Part shown: positions 1 through 11,689 of the stretch, piece after piece | Layout of the letters: each line of letters opens with the position of its first letter | How positions within the stretch are numbered: the first letter of the stretch is position 1 | NCBI GenBank assembly: GCA_030390025.1 | Contig: JASTWF010000331.1 | Span: 124,001-188,000 of the forward strand | Length of the DNA: 64,000 nt | DNA from: Squalus acanthias | Lineage: Eukaryota | Direction of reading: 5' to 3' | Translations under genes and position numbers: made by a program | Notes under the pieces: generated by a model | Told to the model about the DNA's origin: nothing | Database searches by the model: none | The model's input: only the letters and a program-made list of their open reading frames with translations

Positions 1-828
1 GAGTCTGCAAAGGGATATCGATAGACTAATTGAGTGGGCAGTAAGCTGCCAGATGCAGCATAATGTAAGGAAATGTGAGGAAGAATAGAAAAACAGAATA
101 CGTTTTAAATGGTGAGAAACTTACAAATGTTGGTGTTTAGAGAGATTTGGGTGTCCTCGTGCAAGAAACACAGAAAGCTAGCATGCAGGTCCAGCAAGCA
201 TAAGGAAGGCAATGGCATGTTGGCCTTCATTGCAAGGGGCTTGAAGTATAAGAGTAAGGAAGTCTTGCTACAATTGTACAGGGTATTGGTCAGACCACAC
301 CTGGAGTACTGTGCACAGTTTTGGTCTCCTTATCTAAGGAAGGATATACTTGCCTTGGAGGCGGTGCAACGAAGGTTCACTAAATTGATGCCTGGGATGA
401 GAGATTGTGTAGAATGGGCCTATCCTCTCTGGAGTTTAGAAGAATGAGAGGTGATCTCATTAAAACATACAAGATTCTGAAGGGATTGACAGGGTAGATG
501 CTGAGAGGTTGTTTCCACTGGCTGGAGTGTCTAGAACTAGGGGGCATAGTCTCAGGATAAGGGGTAAGCCATTTAAGACTGAGATGAGGAGGAATTTCTT
601 CACTCAGAGGGTTGTGAATCTTTGGAATTCTCTGCCCCAGGGGGCTGTGAATGCTGAGTCTTTGAGTACATTCAAGGCTGAGAGAGATAGATTTTTGGAC
701 TCTCGGGGAATCCAGGGATATGGAGATCGGGCGGGAGAGTGGAGTTGAGGTCGATGATCAGCCATGATCTTATTGAATGGCGGAACAGGCTCGAGGGGCT
801 GTGTGACCTACTCCTGCTCCTACTTCTG
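1..828 (+). mobile_element. CR1-family LINE, 3' part (degenerate ORF2 C-terminus and 3'UTR)
   Basis: Translations LVRPHLEYCAQFWSPYLRKDILALEAVQRRF and TRGHSLRIRGKPFKTEMRRNFFTQRVVNLWNSLP are typical of the CR1 ORF2 C-terminus. Frameshifted. Reverse complement of 58702-59529. Confidence 0.93.
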
Positions 829-1306
829 ATGTAATCACTATCTGACAATACTCCATATCTGCTGGTCACAGGCTATAGGTTGGTCTCTGAATCGTGTTCA
901 ATGAATTGATTTTAATTAGTTTCCCTGTTCAATCTTTCCCCTTGATCTGTCACCAGACTGAAATATTTTAAACACTGAGATCTGATGGTGTCGGTGTGAG
1001 TTCAGCCCCACCTAACAAACAGACACGTGTCCATCTGCTGGGCTCTGCCCCAGACTCTACCCCAGAGTCACCTCTTAGATCAAACCCCTTTACTCAAAAA
1101 CATACACAAGATTTACTTGTGAATGTGTGTTTAGAGACAGAAACTGATCTCACTTCACATTTCATTGCACAGCCACATGCTGGATAATTGTGCTCAGTGG
1201 TCAGACACTCCCACTCTCATTCTCACCAATACCTGCCTCACTTTGTAACCTTTGTGTACTGTCTCCAGGACCAGTGTTTACCGGAGTTAATAAGACTTTC
1301 TCTGAC

Positions 1307-1473
1307 CTTTCTCCCCAGTCGATCTCTGGAAGCTCTTGGAATCGGAAGGGTTCTCTCTGGTTGGTGTTCTCACAATCCTGTGCTGGTTCAACTGCTGCTG
1401 TTCCTCAGTCTACAATCACTGTTTACTTCCTGCTTTGGACCTTCCTCAATCACTCCGTCATTCACCGGGAGAT
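1307..1473 (-). other. Candidate non-coding internal exon (167 nt), copy 1
   Basis: On the - strand, a pyrimidine tract plus TAATTAG acceptor and an AAG|GTCAGA donor. Same boundaries in six paralogs. No through-reading frame in the copies translated. Confidence 0.55.
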
Positions 1474-2115
1474 CTAATTATTGCAGAGCAGAAAATGAGA
1501 ATATTGATTGAAAGCCTGAAATAATGTAATGTAGACTTTTTATCTGCTTACTAAAAATTAAATTTGAAGGCCGAGTACTTGTTTGATTTTGTCCCTTTCC
1601 TCAGATCACCAGTTCCGGGGCTGTGTGTTTAGTTTGGAGATTTTCCTCACAGTAAATTTTCACAGCTCTGGGCGGAAATGCGCCATTTTCTGTCCAAACT
1701 GCCTGAAGCCACCGCGCCCTCCACCCCCGGCCCAGCCCCTGTATTGTGAGCCGGTTCTGCTCATTCCCCGGGAGCTGATGCTGACAGGAATCTCCCCTCC
1801 GTTACAAACCGGGCCTGTTCCACTTTAACCTCCCTCCCTGTGATAAAACATTAGAACTCAGACTCCCCCATTTTCACTGCTGTAGACGGAAATGCGCCAT
1901 TTTCTCTGCGGTTACTAACCGGAGTGAGAGACTGTGAAGCCCCTCCGTCCCTCGCTGTGATCGAAACTCTGGGCCGTGAGCTGAATGGAGCCGAGTTCCC
2001 TCAGTCACAGAGCGCGGCCCCTGTAACCCGGGCAACCATCCTGTTTCTGACCGTCACTCACACACCGGCCCGCGCCGCCCGGCCCCGCCCACAGCAAAGC
2101 CCGGATCAGCAAACA

Positions 2116-2247
2116 CGATAGCAAAATACTGCAGATGATGGAAATCCGAAATAACAACAGAAAACGCTGGAAAAACTCAGCAGGCCAGGCAGCATCCGTG
2201 GAGAGAGAAAGAGAGTTGACGTTTCAGGTCGATGACCTTTCATCAGA
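2116..2247 (-). mobile_element. Penelope-like pLTR fragment inserted in promoter P1
   Basis: Homologous to the sequence 3' of the GIY-YIG fragment (22230-22365). Absent from the other promoter copies. Confidence 0.75.
2214..2247 (-). ncRNA. Minimal hammerhead ribozyme motif (Penelope type), helix I 5' strand truncated
   Basis: The - strand reads CTGATGA-A-AGGTC-ATC-GACCT-GAAA-CGTC-AACT: conserved core, 5-bp stem II, palindromic ACGT helix III and a GUC triplet. Confidence 0.7.
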
Positions 2248-2745
2248 CCCGGATCAGCAAAGCCCGGATCAGCAAACCCCGCCCACTGCCCACAGCAAAC
2301 CCCGGATCAACAAACCCCGCCCACTGGAACCAGCAAACCCCGGATCAGCAAACCCCGCCCACTGCCCCCAGCAAACCCCGCCCACTGCCCCCCAGCAAAC
2401 CCCGCCCCCTGCCCCCAGCAAACCCCGCCCACTGGACCCAGCAAACCCCGGATCAGCAAGGGCGCGGCACTGTGCCTGCGCGGGAGGGCAAGAGAGCGGC
2501 ACTGCGCCTGCGCGGGAGGGCAAGGGCGCGGCACTGCGCCTGCGCGGGAATGTAATGCCGCACGAACGCACCTCTGTCGCTCCCCCAGTGGTGGGAGGTC
2601 TTCATCGCAACATAGCAACAGGAGGCGGCCATTCATTCCGTCCAGTCTGTTCCACCAGTCATTAAGACCATGGCTGATCTGTGTCTTAGCCCCATGGACC
2701 TGCCTTGGTTCCCTCACCCTTAATGCCCAACAAACATCTATTAAT

Positions 2746-2841
2746 ACAATAGCAAAATACTGTGGATGTAGAAATCCAAAATAACAGAAAATGCTGGAAA
2801 CACTAAGCAGGTCAGGCACCATCCGTGGAGAGAGAAACAAG
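2746..2841 (-). mobile_element. 96-bp Penelope pLTR 3' piece with 9-bp target-site duplication
   Basis: Flanked by TCTATTAAT at 2737-2745 and 2842-2850. The empty site with a single TCTATTAAT is at 14655-14663. Confidence 0.8.
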
Positions 2842-2959
2842 TCTATTAATCTCAGTTTAGACATTTTCAATTGACCCCCCAGCATCACCAGCTTTTTTTG
2901 GGGGCGGTGGAAGATTTCCAGATCTCCAATCCCCTTTGTGTGAAGAAATGCTTCCGCCA

Positions 2960-3112
2960 CCCAAACAGAACCACAGAAGTACCTGAAAAAAATTGCAGGG
3001 CTACGGAGAAAGGGCGGGGGATTGAGCTGAAGTGATCTTGCAGAGAGCCGGCACGGGCTGGCCGGGCCGAATGGCCTTCTACTGTGTCATGACGATTATT
3101 CTATGATTCTAT
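2960..3112 (+). mobile_element. CR1/CR1-dependent SINE 3' tail fragment
   Basis: GGGCCGAATGGCCT...TTCTATGATTCTAT CR1-type tail. Absent from the paralog near 14750. Confidence 0.6.
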
Positions 3113-4255
3113 CACCGTTTAACGGCCGAGCTCTAATCTGAAGTTTATGCCTCATTGTTCAGGACTCCCCCACCAGAGGAAAAATAGTTTTTCTCTATCC
3201 TGTGAACTCCTTTAATCATCTTAAACACCTCAATTAGATCACCCCTTGATCTTCTATATTCAAGGGAATACAAGCCTAGTCTTTGCAACCTGTCCTCATA
3301 ATTTAACCCTTTTAGCTCAGGTATCATCCAATGAATCCCCTCTGCATCCCCTCCAAGGACAATATCTCTTTCCTGAGGGGCGGTGCCCAGAACTGAATAA
3401 CATGTGGAACAATATTCCCAACTCAAAATATATTGTGACAGAGGTTATCAAATTTAAAAAGAACTGTTACTAAACCATGGCAAGAGGAAGTCTTGCGAAT
3501 TCTATGTATCTACATAACCTACTGCTCAGAAACAACAGGTTCCTACTCCTGGACTGCCGAGTACACAGACAGGAGTTTACACTGAATGTTTGACGTTCTT
3601 TTGGATATAAATTGGAGCCAAGGCCTCTTGTGCTGAGATCTGACAGATTGTTACTCTGGCAACAGAGGAAATCACCCACCGAAAATAACTGAAAACGGAA
3701 ATAACAAAACCAACATCACATGTTCTGAGTTTAGTGAAGAACATTAACCCTGAACATTCAGACAGTGTTTCTAACCATGAAGCTGCGATTCCAATAATGG
3801 ATTTTTTACACCACCAGACCTGACACTGCGGGTTTACTGAATCCACCGTCAGTTCCAGCTGTACAGAACATTAAGCAGCGCCACATCTACAGAAATACAT
3901 CAACAAAATAGTCACTTTGTTGGAGATAGACCCCGTCACCCCTGAAAATCAGATTGTCTTAAACCATCTAAATCTGTTCCTGTTATCGAATTGTATGTAT
4001 CTATACACCTGGATCATGGGACCAACAGGAAACTTTTTTCTGACAACATGAAATCATTTTACGAATAATCATTAAAATATATGATTTACGTATCATTTTA
4101 TCAGTTTATACTTAAACGGTAATCGTTTAATTCAACTGCCATCATGAAATTCAGAAATAGATTTACTGATAGAAAATAACTCAGTAAATCCAGCAAAAAC
4201 AACAGAAAGCACTGGAAAAGCTCAGCAGGCCAGGCAACAACCGTGGAGAGAGAAA

Positions 4256-4294
4256 CAGTTAACGTTTCAGGTCTGCGACACTTCGTCAGAACTG
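4256..4294 (-). ncRNA. Minimal hammerhead ribozyme motif
   Basis: The - strand reads CAGTT-CTGACGA-AGTGTCGCAGACCT-GAAA-CGTT-AACTG, with a 5-bp helix I. Confidence 0.7.
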
Positions 4295-4648
4295 AGAAAA
4301 ATGCAGGAAATGAAACAGATGAAAAAGCAAGTTTGGAGTCTGGGGGAGGGAATAAAAGAACAAAAGGGAAGGTCTGTGAGAAGTAAAGAGACATTAAGAG
4401 ATACACAAGGCGAGACGAGATGGTAATAGGACAGGTTAAGAAACACAATATGGCTCGAGGAGTGTGAAATGCGCTGGCAGAGCCATTCTCGAGCCATGTT
4501 TTGTTTCTTAACCTGTCCTATTACCATCTCGTCTTGAGTATCTCTTAATGGCTCTTTACTTCTCACAGACCTTCCCTTTTGTTCTTTTATTCCCTCCCCC
4601 AGACTCCAAACTTGCTTTTTCATCGGTTTCATTTCCTGCTCTTCTCTC

Positions 4649-4684
4649 AGTTCTGACGAAGGGTTTCCACCTGAAACGTTAACT
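4649..4684 (+). ncRNA. Minimal hammerhead ribozyme motif
   Basis: AGTT-CTGACGA-AGGGTTTCCACCT-GAAA-CGTT-AACT. Confidence 0.65.
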
Positions 4685-4819
4685 CTGTTTCTCTCTCCAG
4701 GGATGTTGCCTGGCCTGCTGAGTTTTTCCAGCGTTTTCTGTTGTTGTTTCAATTTTCCAGCATCCGCAGTATTTTGCTATTGTATAAGTAAATCCAGCGT
4801 CCAGTTCAGAATTGTAATT

Positions 4820-7800
4820 CACAACTGAGTGCAGTTTGTCACCGAGTGCAGCTTGGAAAAGAGTGTAAACCTGCGTGTTTGGTGAGAAAGGGAGTTAGGC
4901 GCTCCTTTCTTTTTCTATCTTTGTCAGCCTCCAGGAGCAGAAGCTAAAAAGCTGCACGAGAGGGGACAGAGAACCAGTGGGAGTTCGGCTCTGTGAAAAC
5001 CCCCAACCGCAATTAGAGAAAAAATAAAAGGGAAAAGGGTAAGTGATTGGTTGGTGAGTATTTTGCTCACTTCTCTTATCTTTTAAACCCCAGGAAATTT
5101 ATTAGTAATTGCAAGGTTTCATTAGTATTAGTAAAGTTTACTAGCAGTAATAAATCTGATTGGGTGTACTGGGTTATAAAATAAATAAATTAAGACTCAA
5201 TAAAGTTGGCAGGGCAGGTGGTGTGTTGCGACTGCAGTATGTGGGAGCTCCTGGACGCCAGTGTGATCCAGGACGAACACGTCTGCGGTAAGTGTCTGCG
5301 GCTTGAGGAGCTTCGGCTCAGAGTTGATGAGCTGGAGGCCGAGCTGTGGACTCTGCGATGCATCAGGGAGGGGGAAAGTTACCTGGACACTTTATTCCAG
5401 GAGGCAGTTACACCCCTTAGGATAGGGTCTTCGGATTTAGTCAGTGGTCAGGGACAGGAGGATGTGACTGCGAGTGAGGCAGGTATGGGGACCCAGGAGG
5501 TGGAGGAGCCTCAGCAATTGTCCAACAGGTTTGAGGTTCTTGCGGCCTGTATGGATGAAAGCGGTGGCTGCAGGGTGGATGAACAAATTGACCATGGAAC
5601 CGAGGTACAGGAAGCGATTCAAGCGGGGGGAGTTAATAGGAATGTAGTGATAATTGGGGACAGCATAGTCAGGGGGATAGATACAGTTCTCTGCGGCCAA
5701 GAGCGAGAGTCCAGATGGCTGTGTTGCCTACCTGGTGACAGGGTTCAGGACATCTGCCCTGGGCTGGAGCGAAACTTGCAGTGGGAGGGGGAGCAGCCGG
5801 TGGTCGTGGTCCACATAGGTACCAATGAAACAGTTAGAACGAGGAAATAGGTTCTGCTGAGAAAGTGAGAGCAGCTAGGGGCTAAATTAAAAAGCAGAAA
5901 TTCAAGGGTAATAATGTGTGCATTACTACCTGAGCCACGAGCAAATTGGCATAGGGTAAATAAAATTAGAGAGATGAATGCGTGGCTCAAAGACATAGAA
6001 ACATAGAAGATAGGAGCAGGAGTAGGCCATTCGGCCCCTCAAGCCTGCTCCGCCATTCGATCAGATCATGGCTGATCATCCAAACTCAGTACCCTGTACC
6101 TGCCTTCTCCCCATATCCCTTGATACCTTTAGCTTTAAGAAATATATCTAACTCATTCTTGAATATATTTAATGACTTGGCCTCAACTACCTTCTGTGGT
6201 AGAGAATTCCACAGGTTCACCACTCTCTGGGTGAATAAATTCTTCCTCATTTCTGTCCTAAACGGCTTACCCGTTATCCTTAGATTATGACCTCTGGTCG
6301 GAGAGTCCAGAACCATCGGGAACATTCTTCCTGCATCTAGTTTGTCCAGCCCTGTCAGAATTTTATATGTTTCGATGAGATCCCCTCTCATTCTTCTATA
6401 CTCCAGCGAGTATAAGCCCAATCGACCCAATCTCTCCTCATATGTCATTCCTGCCATCCCAGGTATCAGCCTTGTGAATCTTCGCTGAACTCCTTCCATG
6501 GCAAGAACATCCTTCCTCAGATAAGGCGACCAAAACTGCACACAGTACTCAAGGTGTGGTCTCACCAAGGCCGTGTACAACTGCAGCAGGACATCCCTGT
6601 TCCTATACTCAAACCCTTTCGCTATGAAGGCCAACATACCATTTGCCTTCTTCACCGCCTGCTGCACCTGACTGCTTACTTTCAGCGACTGGTGCACAAA
6701 GACACCCAGGTCTCGTTGCACTTCCCCTTCTCCCAATCTATTGCCCTTCAGATAATAGTCTGCCTTTCTGTTTTTGACACCGAAGTGGATAACCTCGCAT
6801 TTTTCCACGTTATATTGCATCTGCCACGCTTTTGCCCACTCACCCAAACTGTCCAAATCATCCTGGAGTTTCTCGGTATCCTCCTCGCAGCACACACTCC
6901 CACCCAGCTTTGTGTCATCTGTGAACTTGGAGATATTACATTTAGTTCCCTTATCTAGATCATTAATGTATATTGTGAATAGCTGGGGTCCAAGGACCGA
7001 TCCCTGCGGTACCCCACTAATCACTACTTGCCACTCGGAAAAAGACCCATTAATTCCTACTCTCTGCTTTCTGTCGCTATCCAAGTCAATACATTGCCCC
7101 AATCCCATGTGCCTTAACTTTAGACGCTAATCTCTTATGCGGGACCTTATCGAAAGCCCTTTGAAAGTCCAAATACACCACATCTACTGGTTCTCCCTTA
7201 TCTATTTTCCCAGTTACATCCTCAAAAAATTCCAGTAGATTAGTCAAGCACGATTTATCTTTTGTAAATCCATGTTGACTTTGTCCGATCCTGTCACTGT
7301 TTTTCAAGTGCTCAGCTATTACATCCTTTATAATGGAATCTAGCATTTTCCCCACTACCGATATCAGGCTTACCGTTCTGTAATTCCCCGCTTTCTCTCT
7401 ACCACCCTTTTTGAATAGTGGGGTAACATTAGCTACCCTCCAATCCATCGAATGTTGGAAGATGATCAGCAATGCATCTACTATTTCCAGGGCCACTTCC
7501 TTAATTACCCCAGGATGTAGATTATCAGGCCCTGGGGATTTATCGGCCTTCAATCCCGTCAATTTCCCTAACACCATTTCCCTGCAAATACTGATTTCTT
7601 TCAGTTCATCCCTTTCAGCAGACCGTATGTTCTCTAACAACTCTGGGATGTTTTTTGTGTCCTCCTTTGTGAAGACAGAACCAAAATATGCATTTAATTG
7701 GTCTGGCATTTCTTTGTTCCCCATTGTAACTTCCCCCGCTTCTGACTGCAAGGGACCGACACTTGATTTCACTAATCTTTTTCTCTTTACATATCTATAA

Positions 7801-10800
7801 AAGCTCTTACAGTCAGTTTTTATGTTCCCAGCAAGCTTACTTTCATATTCTATTCACCCCTTCCTAATTAATCCCTTTGTTGAATCCTAAACTGCTCCCA
7901 ATCTTCAGGGTTACCGCTTTTTCTGGCCAATTTACATGCCCTCTCCTTGAATCTTATGCTATCCCTAATTTCCCTTGTTAGCCACGGTTGATTCACCCTT
8001 TTTGTTTTATTCTTATGCCACACTGGGATGAACAAATTCTGTAGTTCATCCATGCAGTCTTTGAATGTTTGCCATTGCCTATCCACCGTCAACCCCTTGA
8101 GTGACATTCCCCAATCTATCCTACCCAATTCGCGCCTCATACCATCGTAGTTTCCTTTATTTAAATTCAGGACCCTAGTCTCTGATTCAACTGCAGTACT
8201 TCACTCTCCATCCTAATGAAGAATTCTATCATATTATGATCACTCTGACCCAAGGGGCCTCGCACAACAACAGACTGGTGTGGGAGAAATGTGTTTCGAT
8301 TCCTGGGGCATTGCTAACATACTGGGGAAAGTGGGATCTGTATTGTTGGGACGGTCTTCACCTGAACCATGCTGGGATCAGTGTTCTGACGAGTCATGTA
8401 ACTGGGGCGGTAGAGAGGGTTTTAAACTAAATAGTGGGAGCAAGGGATCACATTTGGGAAGATGTGGTAAATCAAACAGTAGTAACAAGGCAAGAGAGAA
8501 AGGTATTAACATGGGAAATGATAAACAGACCGTGACAGGAAGGGATAGAGAGTACAAATCTGAGTAAATCAACAATTAAGGCTAGAGGTTACAGAAATAA
8601 TAAAAGGACAAAACAAAAGGCTCTGCATTTGAATGCACGTAGCATTCAAACCAAAACAGATGAACTGATAGCGCAAATAGGAAAAAATAAGTACGACCTA
8701 ATAGACATTACAGAAACATGGCTGCAGGATGACAGATTGGGATGTAAATATTGAAGGGTACATGACATTTAAGAAGGACAGGAAACTAGGAAAAGGTGGA
8801 GGGGTGGCTCTGTTAATTAATTATGTTATTAGTACAATAGAGAGGGATGACCTAAGTTCAGGAAACCAGGATGTAGAAGCGGTTTGGGTAGAGATGAGAA
8901 ATGATAAAGGCAAGAAGTCACTTGTGAGAGTGGTGTACAGGCCCCCCAACAGTAACCACACGGTAGGAATGGAGTATAAAGGAAGAAATAATGGGAGCTT
9001 GTCAGTAAGGTATGGTAATAATCATGGGGGATTTAATCTACAAATAGAACGGAAAAATCAGATGGGCAAAGGTAGCCTAAATAAGGAGTTCATAGACTGT
9101 TTTCTGGATAGTTTCTTACAACAGCACGTTCTGGATCCAACCAGAGAGCAGGCAATACTAGACCTGGTATTGTGTAACGAGATAGGATTAATTAAATACC
9201 TCACAGTGAAGGCGCCCCTAGGTAGCAGCGATCATAATATGATTGAACTTTACCTTCAGTTTGAGGGAGAGAAGAGTGGGTCCAAGACTAGTATTTTAAA
9301 CTTAAATAAGGGCAATTATGAGGGCATGAAAGCAGAGCTAGTTGAAGTGAACTGGCAAATTAGGTTAAGGGATCGGTCAATAGAGTTGCAGTGGCAGACA
9401 TTTAAGGGGATATTTCAGAATACACAGAATATATAAATTCCAACGAGAAAGAAACATTTCAAGGGGAGGACCCACCAACCCTGGTTAATTAAAAAAGTTA
9501 AAGATAGTATCCAACTTAAAGAAAACGCATATAATTGCGCAAAGATGGGTGGTAGGTCAGAGGATTGGACAGAATATAAAAAACAGCAAAGAGTGACTAA
9601 AAGATTAAGAAGAGGAGAAAAATTAGAGTGCGAGAGAAAGCTAGCTAGAAATATAAAAACAGATAGTAAGAGTTTCTAAAGATATTTAATAAAGAAAATA
9701 TTTAACAAAGTGAGCATTGGTCCAATAAAGAGAGTCTGGGGAATTAATAATGGAAAATAAGGAGATGGCAGTTGAATTGAACAGGTATTTTGCATCCGTC
9801 TTCACTATAGAGGATACAAGTAACATTCCAGAAATTGCTGTAAATCAGGAAATGGAAGGGAGGGAGGAACTCAAGAAAATTACAATCACCAGGGAAGTGG
9901 TACTGAGCAAATTGTTGGAGCTGCGGGTTGACAAGTCCCCGGGTCCTGATGGACTTCATCCTAGGGTCTTAAAAGAAGTGGCTAGTGAGATAGTTGATGC
10001 GTTGGTTTTAATTTTCCAAAATTCCCTAGATTCGGGGAAGGTTTCATTAGATTGGAAAATAGCGAATGTAACTCCTTTATTCAAAAAGGGAGGGAGACAG
10101 AAAGCAGGAAACTACAGGCCAGTTAGCTTAACATCTATCATAGGGAAGATGTTAGAAGCTATTATTAAAAACGTTATAGCAGGGCACTTTGAGAAATTGA
10201 TGGTAATCAGGCAGAGTCAACATGGTTCTGTGAAAGGGAAATCATGTTTACCCAATTCATTGGATTTCTTTGAGGAAGTAACATGTGCTGTGGATAAAGG
10301 GGAACCAGTGGATGTACTGTACCTGGATTTCCAAAAGGCATCTGATAAGGTGCCACATCAAAGGTTATGGCGGAAAATAAAAGCTCCTGGTGTAGGGGGT
10401 AATATATTGGCATGGATAGAAGATTGGCTAGCTAACAGGAAACAGAGAGTAGGCATAAATGGGTCATTTTCTGATTGGCAAGATGTAACGAGTGGTGCGC
10501 CACAGGGATCAGTGCTGGGGCCTCAACTTTTTACAATTTATAGAAGTGACTTGGATGAAGGGACCGAAGGTATGGTTGCTAAATTTGCTGATGACACAAA
10601 GATAGGTAGGAATGTAAATAGTGAACAGGAGATAAGGAGGCTACAAAGGGATATAGATAGGTTAAGTGAGTGGGCAAAGATTTGGCAAATAGAATATAAT
10701 ATGGGAAAATGGGAAGTTGTCCATTTTAGCAGGAAGAATAAAACAGCATACTATCTAAATGGTGAGAGATTGCAGTGCTCTGAGATGCAGAGTGATCTGG

Positions 10801-11497
10801 GTGTCCTAGTGCATGAATCGCAAAAGGTTAGTATACAGATATAGCAAGTAATTAGGAAAGCTAATAGAATGTTATCATTTATTGCTAGGGGAATTGAATA
10901 CAAAAGTAGGGAGGTTATGCTTCAGTTATACAGGGCATTGGTGAGACCACATCTGGAGTACTGTGCACAGTATTGCTCTCCTTATTTAAGGAAGGATGTA
11001 AATACATTGGAAGCAGTTCAGAGAAGGTTTCTTAGACTAATACATGGAATGGGCGGGTTGTCTTATGAGGAATGGTTGGACAGGCTAGGCTTGTATCCGC
11101 TGGAGTTTAGAAGAATAAGAGGTGACTTGATTGAAACATATTAGATCCTGAGGTATCTTGACAGGGTGGGTGTGGAGAGGATGTTACCTCTTGCGCGAGA
11201 ATCTAGAACTAGATCACTGTTTAAAAATAAGGGGTCGCCCATTTAAAACAGAGATGAAGAGAGTTGTTTTCTCCGAGGGTCATGAGTCTTTGTAACTCTC
11301 TTCCTCAGAGGGCGGTAGAAGCAGAGTCTTTGAATATTTTTAAGGCAGAGGTAAATAGATTCTTGATCAACCAGTGGGTGAAAGGTTATCAGAGGGTAGG
11401 CGGGAATGTGGAGTAATCAGATCAGTCATGATCTTATTGAATGGCGGAGCAGGCTCGAGGGGCCCAGTGGCCCAATCCTGCTCCTAATTCGTATGTA
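4820..11497 (+). mobile_element. Near full-length degenerate CR1 LINE, copy A, interrupted by a nested CR1
   Basis: ORF1 from 5206 (CxxC...CxxC, leucine zipper, NRFEVL, GDSIVR, HIGTN esterase motifs), APE endonuclease (~8620-9250), RT (QGSVLGP, FADD) and TATG tail. Multiple stops and frameshifts. Confidence 0.95.
5995..8271 (-). mobile_element. 5'-truncated CR1 nested antisense in ORF1 of copy A
   Basis: RT ORFs 6086-7108 and 7086-7772 (VPQGSVLGP, FTDD), TTCTATG-type tail at 5995, and flanking AGAC duplication. The uninterrupted site CAAAGACTGGTG is at ~23587. Confidence 0.93.
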
Positions 11498-11689
11498 TGT
11501 ATTATTTATTGAGAGTTATATATGAAATATATTTGTGTGTCTGGTACTACCTTAACACGCAGTATAATATTGATATCATGGGGAACATAAAGGTCGGTTC
11601 TTTCCAAGTTGGTGCTGGTGGCGGGGAGACAGTTAATATCTGCTGGGCTCTTGGATCAAACCCCTTCCAATCTTAAAGATTTCGGCCCA

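Larger units (their letters stand above)
1660..2560 (-). promoter_or_regulatory. CpG-island-like promoter / first-exon cassette P1
   Basis: YY1-like AAAATGGCG with adjacent ETS-like CGGAAAT (twice), tandem CCCCGCCC GC boxes, NRF1-like TGCGCCTGCGC repeats, and palindrome CGGTTACTAACCG at 1909-1921 containing a - strand donor CCG|GTTAGT. Confidence 0.6.
2608..3400 (-). mobile_element. Old CR1 3' fragment carrying two younger insertions
   Basis: ORF MIPELKGLNYEDRLQRLGLYSLEYRRSRGDLIEVFKMIKG. Paralogs at ~14525-15035, ~20110-20910 and ~54080-54715. Confidence 0.8.
4195..4786. mobile_element. Penelope-like insertion made of two inverted pLTR halves (long hairpin)
   Basis: ~4195-4459 is the diverged reverse complement of ~4488-4750. 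TSD AGTAAATCCAGC at 4183-4194 and 4787-4798. Confidence 0.8.

Noticed and set aside
3470..3679. ORF family DLSTRGLGSNL... (also 15154, 20980, 53762) as a protein gene
   Set aside because: Similarity is explained by DNA duplication. Substitutions in this frame are mostly non-synonymous and the starts and stops differ.
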